DNA from: Eledone cirrhosa
Taxonomy: Eukaryota
Direction of reading: 5' to 3'
NCBI GenBank assembly: GCA_964016885.1
Contig: OZ024763.1
Span: forward strand, 27,466,001 to 27,530,000
Length of the DNA stretch: 64,000 bases
Position 1 is the first letter of the stretch. Each line of letters begins with the position of its first letter. Positions 1-14,470 of the stretch are shown here, in pieces. The notes beneath the pieces were generated by a model. It was not told the origin of the DNA. It made no database searches and saw only the letters and a program-made list of their open reading frames with translations. A program made the position numbers and the translations under genes.

Positions 1-489
1 GATGCCAGTGTCTCCCCTACCTCTTTCTCTCATCCTCTCATCCCTCCACCCTCTCTCTCTTTCTCTCTTTTTCTCTCTCTCTCTCTCCTCTTATCTCTCA
101 TCCTTCACCCGGCTCTTCATACATACAACATACACACATTTTCATTTCATTACCTCGTTATGAAATTTCGTAATCTTTCCCTATCTAGATGTGTTTGTTT
201 TTGTTTCGTTTCGCTTCGTTTTGTATTGCTTTCTTTTTGTCTTGTTTTCTATTTTATGTTTGTTTTTCGTTTGACTTATTTGTGTGTTTTAGTCTTGTTT
301 GTTTGTTTCTTTGTTTGTTTTTGTTGTAAATTTTGCGATATTGTTTATTGGAGAATTTCATGTCTTTCTTTCAAGGCCTTCTTCATATTCATACCTCATC
401 AACAGTTGACGACACACGCTCGTATATCATGTTCCCCTCATAACTGATGCAGACAGTCGGTGGAAGTGTGTGTGTGTGGGGGTGGATGG

Positions 490-1490
490 GGTAGTCTGGA
501 GACTCTTGAGGTTCTAATAGTCACCACCAGTTGCCGTTGATCTTTGTCCTCGTTCATGCGTAAAGGAGGCACAATATTGTGGCGTCCCTTGTCCCAGTCT
601 TTGGTGTTGTCAAGAGCAGCGTTAATATCTACCAATTTCCACTGCAGGTCTTTGTCCTCTCTCAAACACAGAGTGGACCGCAGTATTGTGGGTTTCCTTG
701 TCCAGTCTTTGACGTTGTCAAGACCAGTGCTAATATTCATCAATTGTCACCATATGTCTCAGTCCTTTCACATACACAGAATGGACCGCAGTATTGTGGT
801 CTGTCCATGTCCAGTCATTAATGTTGTCAGACCAGCTCTCACAGTTACCAATTACCGTTAGTCTCTGTTCTCTCTTATATACAGAGTGAGCCCAGTATTG
901 TGGCCTGTCCTGTTTGATTGTTGGTGTTGTCAGACCAGCTCTCACAGTTACCAATTGCTTCTGTCTCTGTCCTCTCTCATACTCAGAGTGACCACTGTAT
1001 TGTGGCTTAATCTGTCCAGTCATTGGTGTTGTCACACCAGCTCACACCGTCACCAGTTACTGCTGGTCTCTAGCCACTATCATACACAGAGTGACCGCAG
1101 TATTCTGGCATGTCATGTCCAGTCTTTGGTGTTGTCACACCAGCTCACACCGTCACCAGTTACTGCTGGTCTCTGGCCACTATCATACACAGAGTGACCG
1201 CAATACTCTGGCATGTCATGTCCAGTCTTTGGTGTTGTCACACCAGCTCACACCGTCACCAGTTACTGCTGGTCTCTGGCCACTCTCATACACAGAGTGA
1301 CCACAGTATTCTGGCATATCATGTCCAGTCTTTGGTGTTGTCACACCAGCTCACACCGTCACCAGTTACTGTTGGTCTCTAGCCACTATCATACACAGAG
1401 TGACCGCAATACTCTGGTATGTCCTGTCCAGTCTTTGGTATTGTCACACCAGCTCACACCGTCTCCAATTGCTGCTGGTCTCTCTCCTCT
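490..1490. repeat. Minisatellite, ~103-bp unit, about 9-10 copies; degenerate (103-109 bp) at left, homogeneous at right
   Basis: The anchor C(A/T)TTGGT(G/A)TTGTCACACCAGCTCAC recurs at 1021, 1124, 1227, 1330 and 1433, an exact 103-bp spacing. Diverged copies lie at ~599, 707, 816 and 920. Confidence 0.9.
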
Positions 1491-1496
1491 CTATCA

Positions 1497-1708
1497 CAAT
1501 ATCACAGTGGAGAAGACATCATACATGCTGTTGATGACAGGATGAAAGCTTCTTCACCAATCGGATCCCAGCACTGCAACACGGATGGAAAAAACAAACA
1601 AAACAGTGTGTAGACTGCAAGGAGGACTATGTTGAGAAATAAACCTTCTTTTGGTCACATTCCATGAGAGTATCTTGGTCAGACTGTGAACATTTCAGCC
1701 GATCCTTG
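1497..1708 (+). mobile_element. Mariner (Tc1/mariner) 3' remnant: decayed transposase C-terminus plus right TIR
   Basis: With frameshifts it translates to QYHSGEDIIHAVDD..QDESFFTNRIPALQHGWKK..CVDCKEDYVEK*, which matches the mariner C-terminal W.KCV...GDYVEK motif. It ends GTGAACATTTCAGCCGATCCTTG followed by TA. Confidence 0.8.
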
Positions 1709-2159
1709 TATATGTATACTCAAAATTTCAAATTTTGGCAGAAATATCACAAAAACGTATACAATTGAGACGCATGCAGCGTGCGCATGCGTATTGGGAA
1801 TATACAGGCATACAGACATGCAGACATGCAGACATGCACACTGTTGTAGGTGGCAGATGCACTACACTGCACTACACTACTTACGTAATCGAGTGTATAT
1901 GCATGTGTGAGCGTGCATGTTGGTGTTGGTTGTGGTTGTGGTGATGACGAGAGTGGTGTTGGCGGTGGTTGTGGTGGTGGTGGTGGTGGCGGTGGTGGCG
2001 GCGGTGGTAGAAGTGGTGGTGGAAGTGGTGGTGGGAGGGGTGGTGGTGGGAGGGGTGAAGTACAATCTGACATTGTGCAAAAAGGAGAAAGAGAGGGAAA
2101 AGCTGTATGTGTGAATATGTGTTACATTTTAAGGTTTGCGGCTGTATATGTGTGCATAT

Positions 2160-4728
<2,569 letters not shown>

Positions 4729-4729
4729 T

Positions 4730-5331
4730 GTTAGGTCACCAGTTGGTGCTACTGGTAACATGTATCCCAGTACAACCTGTCTCATGGTCGGGTCGTTGGC
4801 GACTAAACTGGCAACCCCACCAAGGTTTCTTGGTGAGGAGGGTGACTTTGGACATCCTGCAGGACTAAAAACAAAACCTGTCAAAAGGCAAAGAGCTCTT
4901 AAGAGTCAATGGCCATCCAAAATCACCGGGAGAGATGACCCCTTAGCCTTTGTCAAGGCAGAATTCTAGAAGGAAAACTCTGATATAACACCTGCAACCC
5001 TGATGGTATCCAATGATGTTGACTTGTTCTTCTTTTTGGTAAATATCATCTTGGTTAAGAGAGTGGGACCGGCTTTGTGCAGTGCCTTTGCTCACTATAA
5101 AAGCTTCACGGCACAGGCATTGCTTTATATCTGGAGATCTCTCTGCACTTGTCGTCACATGGTACCATGGGCCCAGCACTAGGTGTCAATAATTGTCCGA
5201 GTGTAGTGTTTGTACCAGAGTTTTCAAGTCGCTGGCTGGACTAAAAAGTCACACTCATTTAGCTCATCGGTAGGAGTTCTCCTTCATGGATATAAAGTAG
5301 TGGCCGTACTCGAAAACGAGTTGGCAGCCAC
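4730..5331 (+). mobile_element. ~600-bp non-coding interspersed element (probable non-autonomous retroposon), copy 1
   Basis: 4887-5331 is the near-identical reverse complement of 54330-54779. Both copies end at ...TTGGCAGCCAC followed by a TATG-type repeat tail. No credible ORF. Confidence 0.8.
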
Positions 5332-5574
5332 CATATATTTATATATGTATATGTGTATGTGAACATGTGAGTGTGTTGTACATATATATGTATGTACATA
5401 TCTATTTATATACATATGTGTGTGTGTGTGAAGGTGTATGATGTACGTACATATGTATGTATATATGTACGTATGTATATATGTATGTATATATGTACGT
5501 ATATATGTATGCATATATGTATATTTACATGTATGGTCTGTGTGTATGTGTGTATGTATTTATCTCTATGGATA

Positions 5575-5608
<34 letters not shown>

Positions 5609-5739
5609 GTTAGATATATAGATAGATGCATACAGATAAATGCATACACACATACACACATAGACATATAAACGTACATATAGATACACATATGTATATA
5701 TACATATATACCTATACACACACACACACACATACACAC

Positions 5740-5779
<40 letters not shown>

Positions 5780-6037
5780 ATGTATGTGTGTGTTGTACGT
5801 ATATATGTATGTGTACGTGTGCTGTTTGTTAAGAGACGTCTAAAGCAGACGTCCGCGTTGTCTGAGTAACATCTATGAAAAATGGCCGCCAAGATTGGTT
5901 GTAAGCGCCAACGTTGCAAAATTCGTGATATTGGAGATATCTCTCTGGGTATGAATGATAAACATGCTACACTGAATGTGATATATCATACGTATCACAT
6001 GTACCATATGTAGTATATGTGCATAGAAATGTATAAA

Positions 6038-6076
<39 letters not shown>

Positions 6077-6131
6077 TATATAAATCCATACATACGTAGT
6101 TATATACAGACATACATAAATACATACATGT

Positions 6132-6171
<40 letters not shown>

Positions 6172-6209
6172 ATAGGTATGTAAATACACATATACATACA
6201 TACATATAT

Positions 6210-6299
<90 letters not shown>

Positions 6300-6468
6300 A
6301 TATATATATGTATGTATATATATATGTAGATACCTTAGCATGTTCAACATCTATATAAGTATAAGGAGACAAGGTAGAATGTTCTCAGTTAAAATATTAT
6401 ATTTATATGAAGTATTATTAATATTTCTTTGGCGTGTGTTTGGTCACTTAAAGTGTTGTTGTCTGTGA

Positions 6469-6469
<1 letters not shown>

Positions 6470-6525
<56 letters not shown>

Positions 6526-6565
6526 GCTACTACTACTATTGCTACTACTACTACTACTACTACTG

Positions 6566-6603
<38 letters not shown>

Positions 6604-6608
6604 GCTGC
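6470..6608. repeat. (TAC)n microsatellite
   Basis: Directly visible. Confidence 0.97.
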
Positions 6609-6682
6609 TGTATATAGACACACAATTCTTATTGTCACTTTATATATATATATATATGTATATAGACATAAATCTTATTGTC

Positions 6683-6746
<64 letters not shown>

Positions 6747-6783
6747 GTATATATATATATGTGTATATATTCATATATATATA

Positions 6784-6852
<69 letters not shown>

Positions 6853-7018
6853 ATAATAATAAATGTGAAGACTAATCTGTTATTTTAATAAATATATATA
6901 TATATATATAAAGCGACAAAAAGAAATTGCAGCTATTTGTAAACTTTATTACATATTACAAATTGTTTCCACATCGATCAGCATGGGTTTGATCTTGCGA
7001 TCGGATCCCGATTCTTAA

Positions 7019-7225
7019 CCTTTTAGCATTTACATTACTCTATATATACTATAGTCTTTCATGGTAAACACTTTATCTCACATAATATCAAACCTATAAG
7101 ATTTTACTATTGTTTATTTTGAAAACAATACCTGAACATCAGTACGAGTAGCCAGTTATGGCCGGTTTGAGCAGAATGAGATGAGAGAATTCTGGCCGGA
7201 TATGACCAGTTTGAATGCTAAAGGG
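7019..7225. mobile_element. piggyBac-type MITE
   Basis: TTAA (7015-7018) + CCTTTTAGCATT ... AATGCTAAAGGG + TTAA (7226-7229): an 11/12 matching TIR with a TTAA target-site duplication. Confidence 0.85.
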
Positions 7226-7301
7226 TTAATGGACGCTTCTCCATATATGAGGGTTTATACGGGTGGTCCCATCAAAACTTTTGATATATGTCCCGTCTTC
7301 G

Positions 7302-7578
<277 letters not shown>

Positions 7579-7609
7579 GTATATATATATAATCACAACA
7601 GTGACATAA

Positions 7610-7658
7610 ACAGGAACTCAAGTTTCGGCGGGTTCTGGACCCAACTCATTCAGCCTGT
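7610..7658 (-). ncRNA. Putative minimal type I hammerhead ribozyme (Penelope-type; core has a 1-nt insertion)
   Basis: Minus strand reads ACAGG-CTGAATGA-GTTGGGT-ccaga-ACCCGCC-GAAAC-TTGA-GTT-CCTGT: stem I ACAGG/CCTGT, stem II 6/7 pairs, 2-bp stem III. Confidence 0.5.
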
Positions 7659-7673
7659 CATAGGAAAAATAAA

Positions 7674-7745
<72 letters not shown>

Positions 7746-7776
7746 TATTAGTATTGGTGCTCTGAAATAGAGATGT

Positions 7777-8042
7777 ATACATGAATGTATGTATAGTATA
7801 TTTGGCAATATAGTGTATATTTAATTAAAAACATTTAAAAGACCATTCGCCATGAGTTTTAAAGTAGTGACTATGTCACTTACATATTCTCGGCAAAAAC
7901 AACAGAGAGCGGCCGACAGACAGTCTGTTTCTCACTTGTGAGCGTTTTTCAAGACTACATACTCATAGTGAATGGCCTTCTAAATGTTTTTAATTAGACA
8001 TACAGTATATATGCCAAATATACTATACATACATTCATATAT
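7777..8042. repeat. Imperfect inverted repeat (~90-bp arms, ~85-bp spacer), MITE/foldback-like
   Basis: ATGAATGTATGTATAGTATATTTGGCA...AATTAAAAACATTTA...CCATTC pairs with GAATGG...TAAATGTTTTTAATT...TGCCAAATATACTATACATACATTCAT. Confidence 0.75.
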
Positions 8043-8249
8043 ATTGTTATATTTGGGGAGGATCATATTGTTATAATATTGGCAGAAATAATAATAAAAC
8101 ACACACACACACTGTTTGGTTTGGATTGATTTTCGCTTCTGTATATTTTATATCTCCATAGTTAATTTATCTGGCAATCAATGTTTATTGTTGATTGACC
8201 AACGGTTAAAAATACAGCTATAAATATATATATATATATATATATAGTC

Positions 8250-8293
8250 TATCAAAGTTCTTTCGTCACACATCTGTGACATCATCAGTGGTA
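8250..8293 (-). ncRNA. Putative degenerate hammerhead ribozyme motif
   Basis: Minus strand reads TACCA-CTGATGA-T-GTCACA-gatg-TGTGAC-GAAAG-AA-CTT-TGATA: perfect 6-bp stem II, stem I 4/5. Confidence 0.45.
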
Positions 8294-8307
8294 CTATTAT
8301 GGTTCCT

Positions 8308-8380
8308 GCCGAAATAGCTCAGTTGAGAGAGCATTAGACTGAAGATCTAAAAGTCCCCCGTTCAATCACGGGTTTCAGCA
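8308..8380 (+). pseudogene. tRNA-Phe(GAA) pseudogene
   Basis: 73 nt, GCCGAAATAGCTCAGTTGAGAGAGCATTAGACTGAAGATCTAAAAGTCCCCCGTTCAATCACGGGTTTCAGCA, anticodon GAA at 8341-8343. About 6 substitutions against the canonical metazoan tRNA-Phe, hitting the D-loop GG, two T-stem pairs and one acceptor-stem pair. Confidence 0.9.
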
Positions 8381-8388
8381 TGCAGGCC

Positions 8389-8457
<69 letters not shown>

Positions 8458-8472
8458 TATATATATACACAC

Positions 8473-8569
8473 ACAAAGATCGGAATTAAGAGTATTCCGC
8501 AGTTCACTGAGCTAATACTATTATTATTATTACAGTGAACTGCGGAATACTCTTAATTCCGATCTTTGT
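8473..8569. repeat. Perfect inverted repeat, 37-bp arms, 23-nt AT-rich spacer
   Basis: ACAAAGATCGGAATTAAGAGTATTCCGCAGTTCACTG (8473-8509) is the reverse complement of 8533-8569. Confidence 0.95.
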
Positions 8570-9014
8570 ATACTTAACGAGCTCCAAATTGTTGAGTTAA
8601 TAAATTCGAATAGTTGGATTGCCCTCTCTAGCATTTTCCCCAATCCATGAGAGCCGTTATTTGATGCAAATAATACGTGATTTCGTCCTACTCTGCGTGT
8701 ATATTAGCTTTCTCTCTATCCATGAGGTTAGATGTGTCGTGAACAGTGTCCACATTTGCGGACTGAGGATCCTGTGGCCTGTTATACTACACATATCAGT
8801 GGTGAAACGAAGCGAGATTTGTATCAGCAAACTTATAGTTATACGGTTGGTAATTTAAAACTCTAATTCAGAGATTTGATTCTGACTTAGTTTTTTTCTA
8901 TTTAATTGCTAAACCTGTAGATATTGTTCTCTATACAGTAACGGTAAAACTCACTTGTAATAATTCTTTACACACATCTCTCTGTGTAACACACTTCTCT
9001 TTGTGTAATATATT

Positions 9015-9069
<55 letters not shown>

Positions 9070-9072
<3 letters not shown>

Positions 9073-9449
9073 AACTCTGGATGTCGGTGAGCATGTCCAG
9101 CTAACCTCAGTCTCCTCTGTGTCACTTTTGAGCTGACCTTTGGGAGGCTCCCATACAGCTGAGTTCTTCATCCTCAGTGTATACTGATTAATGTTCAGAG
9201 CCATCCTCAGCATTCTCGTGTAGCACCCATCTACCATCTGAGTGAGTTTCTTGGTCTGTGTCCAAGTCTCAGTGCTCCTTTGGGAGCCCCTACATGGACA
9301 CACTAGAAGAGAAAGACCAAGGTTAACGTATGTTGATGCCCTAAGGACAGACACTGGTCTGTTGGAGACGCAGGACATGGCAGCGATAATGAGGGACAGA
9401 GACCGCTGGAGAGAACTCGGCCATGGATCTCGGGAATTTAACCCGCCTT

Positions 9450-9451
<2 letters not shown>
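9070..9451 (+). mobile_element. 5'-truncated RTE-X/RTE-like LINE 3' end with an inverted 5' segment
   Basis: Minus 9070-9275 encodes ETWTQTKKLTQMVDGCYTRMLRMALNI..VTQRRLRLAGHAHRHPELT (one frameshift). Plus 9272-9451 encodes VLLWEPLHGHTRRERPRLTYVDAL..MRDRDRWRE..*. These are consecutive pieces of the post-RT C-terminus of RTE-superfamily ORF2. Flanked by (TA)n. Confidence 0.85.
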
Positions 9452-9499
<48 letters not shown>

Positions 9500-9905
9500 T
9501 TATATATATATATATAAAAACACACACAGTATGAAAGAACACACACACACACACATGCACATTCGCCACCCACACACCGAATTTCACAGACGTCTGATCA
9601 CACATACTCTCCACCACCACCCACATATGGAATATAAGGGATAGGGAACTCCAAATGAACCTGCTAAGATCTTAAATATTAACCGACCCCTTTTTTTACC
9701 CCTTAATTGCTAAATCTAAATGAAAGACAAGAATGGAATTTTATTTTTTTATTTTTTTATTTATTTATTTATTTTTTTTTTTTGGTGGGGTTTGTTTGAA
9801 TTATATCTATTTTTTCAATTGAAAAATTAAGATTGCTTTTAATCATCGTCTTTCACCACCCCTCCCCCTCTTTCACCTCCTCCCCCTCTTCCTCCTACTG
9901 CTCCT

Positions 9906-9932
9906 CATCATCATCTTCACCATCATCTTCAC

Positions 9933-9970
<38 letters not shown>

Positions 9971-10082
9971 CCATTATCATTATCACCAACATCATCTTCT
10001 TCACCATCATCATCATCACCATCACCATCATCATCATCATCTTCTTCATCATCATCCTCACCACCACCACCACCACAACCAC

Positions 10083-10119
<37 letters not shown>

Positions 10120-11340
10120 TTGGTCATCTTAATCATCATCATCATCATCATCATCTTGGTCATCTTAATCATCATCATCATCACCACCACCACCACCACG
10201 ACCACCATCATCACCATCACCATCATCGTCATCACCATCATCATCATCATCATCATCACCACCACCACCACCACCATCATCATCATCTTGGTCATCTTAA
10301 TCATCATCATCATCATCTTGGTCATTTTAATCATCATCATCATCATCATCATCACCACCATCATCACCATCACCATCTTCATCATCTTCTTCATCATCAT
10401 CATAATCATCATCATCATCCTCATCTCCGCCATCTTAATCATCATCATCTCCTCCTCATTATCACCATCGTCTTCAACATCACCATCATACTCTCCTCTT
10501 TTTTCTCATCATCATCATCACCCCCCCCCCCCCCATTTTCCCACCTCTTCATCCCCATCACCCCCCTCTTCATTTTCCTCCCATCGCTCTCCTCCTCCTC
10601 CTGATCATCATCATCATCATCACCCCCTTCTCTTCCTCTCGTCGTCATAGTAGTGGTTGTTTTTGTTTTTGTTTTTCTTGGTATCATTGCTATCATCATC
10701 CTCATAACCGTTATGATGATGATGATGATGTTTGTAATAATTATAATGATGATGATGGTGGTAATGGTAATGATGATGATGATGGTGATGGTGATGGTGA
10801 TGGTGATGATGATGATGATGATGATGATGGTGGTGATGATGATGGTGGTGATGGTAATGATGATGATGATGGTGATGGTGATGGTGATGGTGATGATGAT
10901 GATGATGATGGTGGTGATGATGATGATGATGATGGTGGTGATGGTAATGATGATGACGATGATGGTGAGGATGAAGATGATGATGATGATGATGATGATG
11001 GTGGTGATGGTAATGATGATGATGGTGATGATGATGATGGTGATGATGACGATGATGGTGATGATGAAGATGATGGTGATGATGATGAAGATGATGATGA
11101 AGATGATGGTGATGATGATGATGATGATGATGGTGGTGCTGATGGTGGTGATGATGATGATGGTGATGATGGCAATGAAGATTGTAGTGTTTAAGAGCGA
11201 TAACAATGATGGTGTTGGTAATAATTATAATGATGATGATGACGGTGATGATATAGATAGCTGTTGTTGTTGGTCATCATCTTCTTCTTCTTCTTCTTCT
11301 TCTTCTTCTTCTTCTTCTTCTTCTTCTTCTTCTTCTTCTA
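9906..11340. repeat. (CAT/CAC)n, then (GAT/GGT)n, then (CTT)n trinucleotide fields
   Basis: Directly visible; source of the poly-M/I/S/H ORFs. Confidence 0.95.
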
Positions 11341-11426
11341 TTATAGTCATCGCCGACCATAGTACTAGTAGAATTAGTATTAGTAGTTGTGTTATTATTA
11401 TTATTATTATTATTGTTATTGTTATT

Positions 11427-12478
11427 CCTTGAATCTCAGTCATTGATGTTGGTTAACTGGAAAGTCCGTTGGATTGAATATCAAGCCACTACCTGCAGCC
11501 TCAGATATTCAGGACGTATCGGAGGGTTCTTGCTGTTCCAAGCAAGCATGCCTTTTGAAGCGTTCCAAAAAGCGTGAAGGGGCCGATTTTCTTTAACCAT
11601 CCCTGGAAACCTTTGGAGATAGTCCCCAGTGCGCCTATGACAATCGGGATCACTTTGACTTCATGGCAGTTCCAAATCCTTTTCACCTCCCACTTTAGGT
11701 CCTGGTATCGGTTAATTTTCTCCCTCTCCTTCTCTTGCACTCTCGTGTCGAACGGGCAGGCCACATCCACAATCAGGCACGATCTTTTTTCTTTGTCCAC
11801 AACCACCAGGTCAGGTCTATTGTGTTCCAGTTTTTTGTCCGTCTGTATCCTAAAATCCCACAGCACCTTCACCTGACTGTTCTCCATCACCGCCTCTGGC
11901 CTATGCTCATACCATTTCTCAGAATGTGGTAGATTGTTTACTTTGCACAGGTGCCAGTGGATCACCCTGCCCATCACATCGTGTCTCCAGCCCTTATAGT
12001 GGGTCTGGGCTAGGTGTTTACACTCGGACACAATGTGAGCCACAGTCTCCTCTCTCTCTCCACAGATCCTGCACAGTGGGCTAGCCTCCTCCTTGTAGAT
12101 ATGGTGCTTCAACCACTTCGTTTTGAGGGCCTGCTCCTGCGCAGCCATTAGCATTCCTTCTGTAGCCTTTTTGAGGTCTCCTCTTCTCAACCAGTTCCAT
12201 GTCTGTGGATCTCTAAATTCAGTTTTCTCAAAGAAGGTACTATGAAGGGATTTTCCCTTAAGGCTGCTCTTCCTCCTTGATGTTATTTCCTCCTTGGACA
12301 TCCCCTGGCCTACTGTCCCCTCCTTCAGTACAGTTCTGAGCATTGGCTCCTTACTATAGGTCACGTATTTGTATAGGTTGTTTTTCTCCATCTGAACACA
12401 GTCCTCTATGCTGATAAGACCTCTTCCACCCTCAGATCTCCTTAGGTAGAGTCTATCGACATCACTCCTCTTGTGGAA

Positions 12479-12481
<3 letters not shown>
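11427..12481 (-). mobile_element. 5'-truncated R4/Dong-clade non-LTR retrotransposon inserted in a (TAA)n tract
   Basis: RLE-type ORF end plus a ~75-bp 3' UTR, with (TTA)n on both flanks (11391-11426, 12481-12527). Dong elements are known to target TAA repeats. Confidence 0.88.
11501..12481 (-). CDS. C-terminal 326 aa of an R4/Dong-type ORF: post-RT region, CCHC zinc knuckle, restriction-like endonuclease (5'-truncated, frame open)
   Basis: RLYLRRSEGGRGL, AAQEQAL, CRICGEREETVAHIVSEC, RHD, WDFRIQTD, HNRPDLVVVD, DVACP, EKINRYQDL, PIVIGALG, LQKACLLGTA. The first 33 aa of the track ORF are flanking SINE and (TAA)n sequence. Confidence 0.9.
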
Positions 12482-12530
<49 letters not shown>

Positions 12531-12533
12531 AAT

Positions 12534-12720
12534 TGGATTGGCAGTATCCGCAGAGCGTCGGCCACTATGCTTTGCAGCATAGAGTTACATCACTTTACGT
12601 TCTGAGTTCAAATCCCGCCGAGGTTAACTTTGCCTTTCATCCTTACGGGGTCGATAAAATAAAGTACCAGTAATGTACTGGGTAATTGTTGGCCTTGTGC
12701 CAAAAGTAGAAACAATTATT
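12534..12720 (+). mobile_element. tRNA-derived SINE family A (Meta-domain-like core)
   Basis: B-box GAGTTCAAATCC; core GCCTTTCATCCTTACGGGGTCGATAAAATAAAGTACCAG; 3' end GGCCTTGTGCCAAAAGTAGAAAC plus an (ATT)n tail. At least 10 copies or fragments in the window. Confidence 0.85.
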
Positions 12721-13549
12721 AGGAGTATTAGTATTAGTTGCACTAGTAGCAGTTGCAGCAGCAGCTGCAGCAGTAGTAGTAGTAGTAGTGGTAATAATAA
12801 TAATAATAATAGTAGTAGTAGTAGTAGTAGTAATAGTAGTAGTAGTATTAATGGCAGTATTAGTAGTAGCAGTAGTATTAGTGTATGTCATGTAAAGAAG
12901 ACAGCGATAACGTCATCATCATTAGGTGTGAAAGAAAGTTCATGAACCAGACATTACTAAAGGGAACAAAAAAAAAAATGTACATAACAGCATAATAGCC
13001 CCCCTCCCCCTACATCCCTTGAAAAATTCTCCTTTTCGTGGGGAAAACCTCCCACAGCCTTCCCAGCCTCCGTGTCTGTCATATCTTCTTAGAAACATCC
13101 ACATTCATATTTACAACTCACACCCCCTTTCATCCTGTCACTCACCACATATTTTCCTTTTTACTCTCTTCCCTGCCATCATCCCCATACAATCCGCCCT
13201 CCGTAATAAAACAGGCTCTCGTCTTCACATCCTTTTTACAAATTCATTTGATCTCTACAACCGTCCCTTTTGATCAAACTTTTTTTTTCTTTTTCGGTGG
13301 GTTGTTTATTTGTTTGTTGTATATATTTCATTATATTTTGTTTTATTTGTTTAATTAACCATTTAATTAATTACTTAATTAAGCAATCAAACAGTCAATA
13401 CAGTCAATCAGGGTGATGGAATGACAAAAATCACGAGAATGGCGCACAAAAATAAAATAACCCCATTGGTATTTCGTTAACGTTCTTTTGCGATTTCAAA
13501 TACCGCCGACCCAACGACATTGCATTTTTGCCTTATCATCCTTCAACGT

Positions 13550-13815
13550 ATGTGGTGTTGTGGCAACGGTGTTCGCGTTACGACCATAATGTCGTGAGCT
13601 CGATTCCTGGACTGGGTTGTATATTATGTTCTTGAGCCCAACATTTCATTTCACGTTGCCCCAGTGGTAAGGCTGTTGGACTCCCGATTATAATGTCGTG
13701 GGTTCGATTCCTGGACTGGGTTGTGTTCCCGAGCAAAATGCTTCATTTCACGTTTCTCCGGTGGCAAGGGTGTTGGACTTACGAGAATAATGTCGTGGGT
13801 TCGATTCTTGGATTG
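13550..13815 (+). mobile_element. Diverged trimer of the SINE family B tRNA-like head
   Basis: Three tandem GTGG(T/C)AA.G.TGTT...TTCGATTCC(T)GGA..TTGTGTTC..GAGC..CATTTCAC units with the same CC(A/G)GTGG junction as the large array at 18731-22865. Confidence 0.8.
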
Positions 13816-13828
13816 ACTTTTCTGTTGA

Positions 13829-14470
13829 GAGACATTCTAAATACATGCCCATTGTATCGGAGCTGTGATCTCTCAATTCTGAGAAGTAGCGGTTCTACCT
13901 GGAGTGACTCTGTCCAGTGATTCTTTTTTGAGACATTCTAACCACATGTCTGTAATATCGGAGTTGTGATATCTCAATTCGGAGAAGTAGCAGTTCTACT
14001 TGGAGTGACTCTGTCTAGTGAGTCTTTTTTGAGACATTCTAACCACATGTCTGTAATATCGGAGTTGTGATATCTCAATTCGGAGAAGTAGCAGTTCTAC
14101 TTGGAGTGACTCTGTCTAGTGAGTCTTTTTTGAGACATTCTAACCACATGTCTGTAATATCGGAGTTGTGATCTCTCAATTCGGAGAAGTAGCGGTTCTA
14201 CCTGGAGTGACTCTGTCCAGTGATTCTTTTTTGAGACATTCTAACCACATGTCTGTAATATCGGAGTTGTGATCTCTCAATTCGGAGAAGTAGCGGTTCT
14301 ACCTGGAGTGACTCTGTCTAGTGAGACTTTTTTGAGACATTCTAACCACATGTCTGTAATATCGGAGTTGTCATCTCTCAATTCGGAGAAGTAGCGGTTC
14401 TACCGGGAGTGACTCTCTGATCTCCGAGCTACAAATCTGTCCAGTGATTCTTTCTTAAGACATTGTAACA
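13829..14470 (-). repeat. 101-bp minisatellite (~6 copies) derived from RTE LINE coding sequence
   Basis: GAGACATTCT at 13829, 13930, 14031, 14132, 14233 and 14334. The unit matches 50380-50500 and on the minus strand encodes SLQVEPLLLRIERSQLRYYRHVVRMSQK. Confidence 0.9.

Noticed and set aside
490-1490. 103-bp array derived from the adjacent mariner transposase (TPAHT resembling DNAPAH)
   Set aside because: Only a 3-residue resemblance, with no further colinear match visible.
4943-5179. Conserved 78-79 aa ORF shared with 54483-54722
   Set aside because: The similarity simply reflects two copies of one repeat; the start is non-ATG and there is no domain.
8308-8380. Functional tRNA-Phe gene
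   Set aside because: The D-loop GG is lost, there are two T-stem mispairs (including the B-box C61) and one acceptor-stem mispair, and there is no T-run terminator directly downstream.
8755-8830. Hammerhead candidate CTGAGGA...GAAAC on the plus strand
   Set aside because: There are no convincing stems I or III and no NUH triplet.
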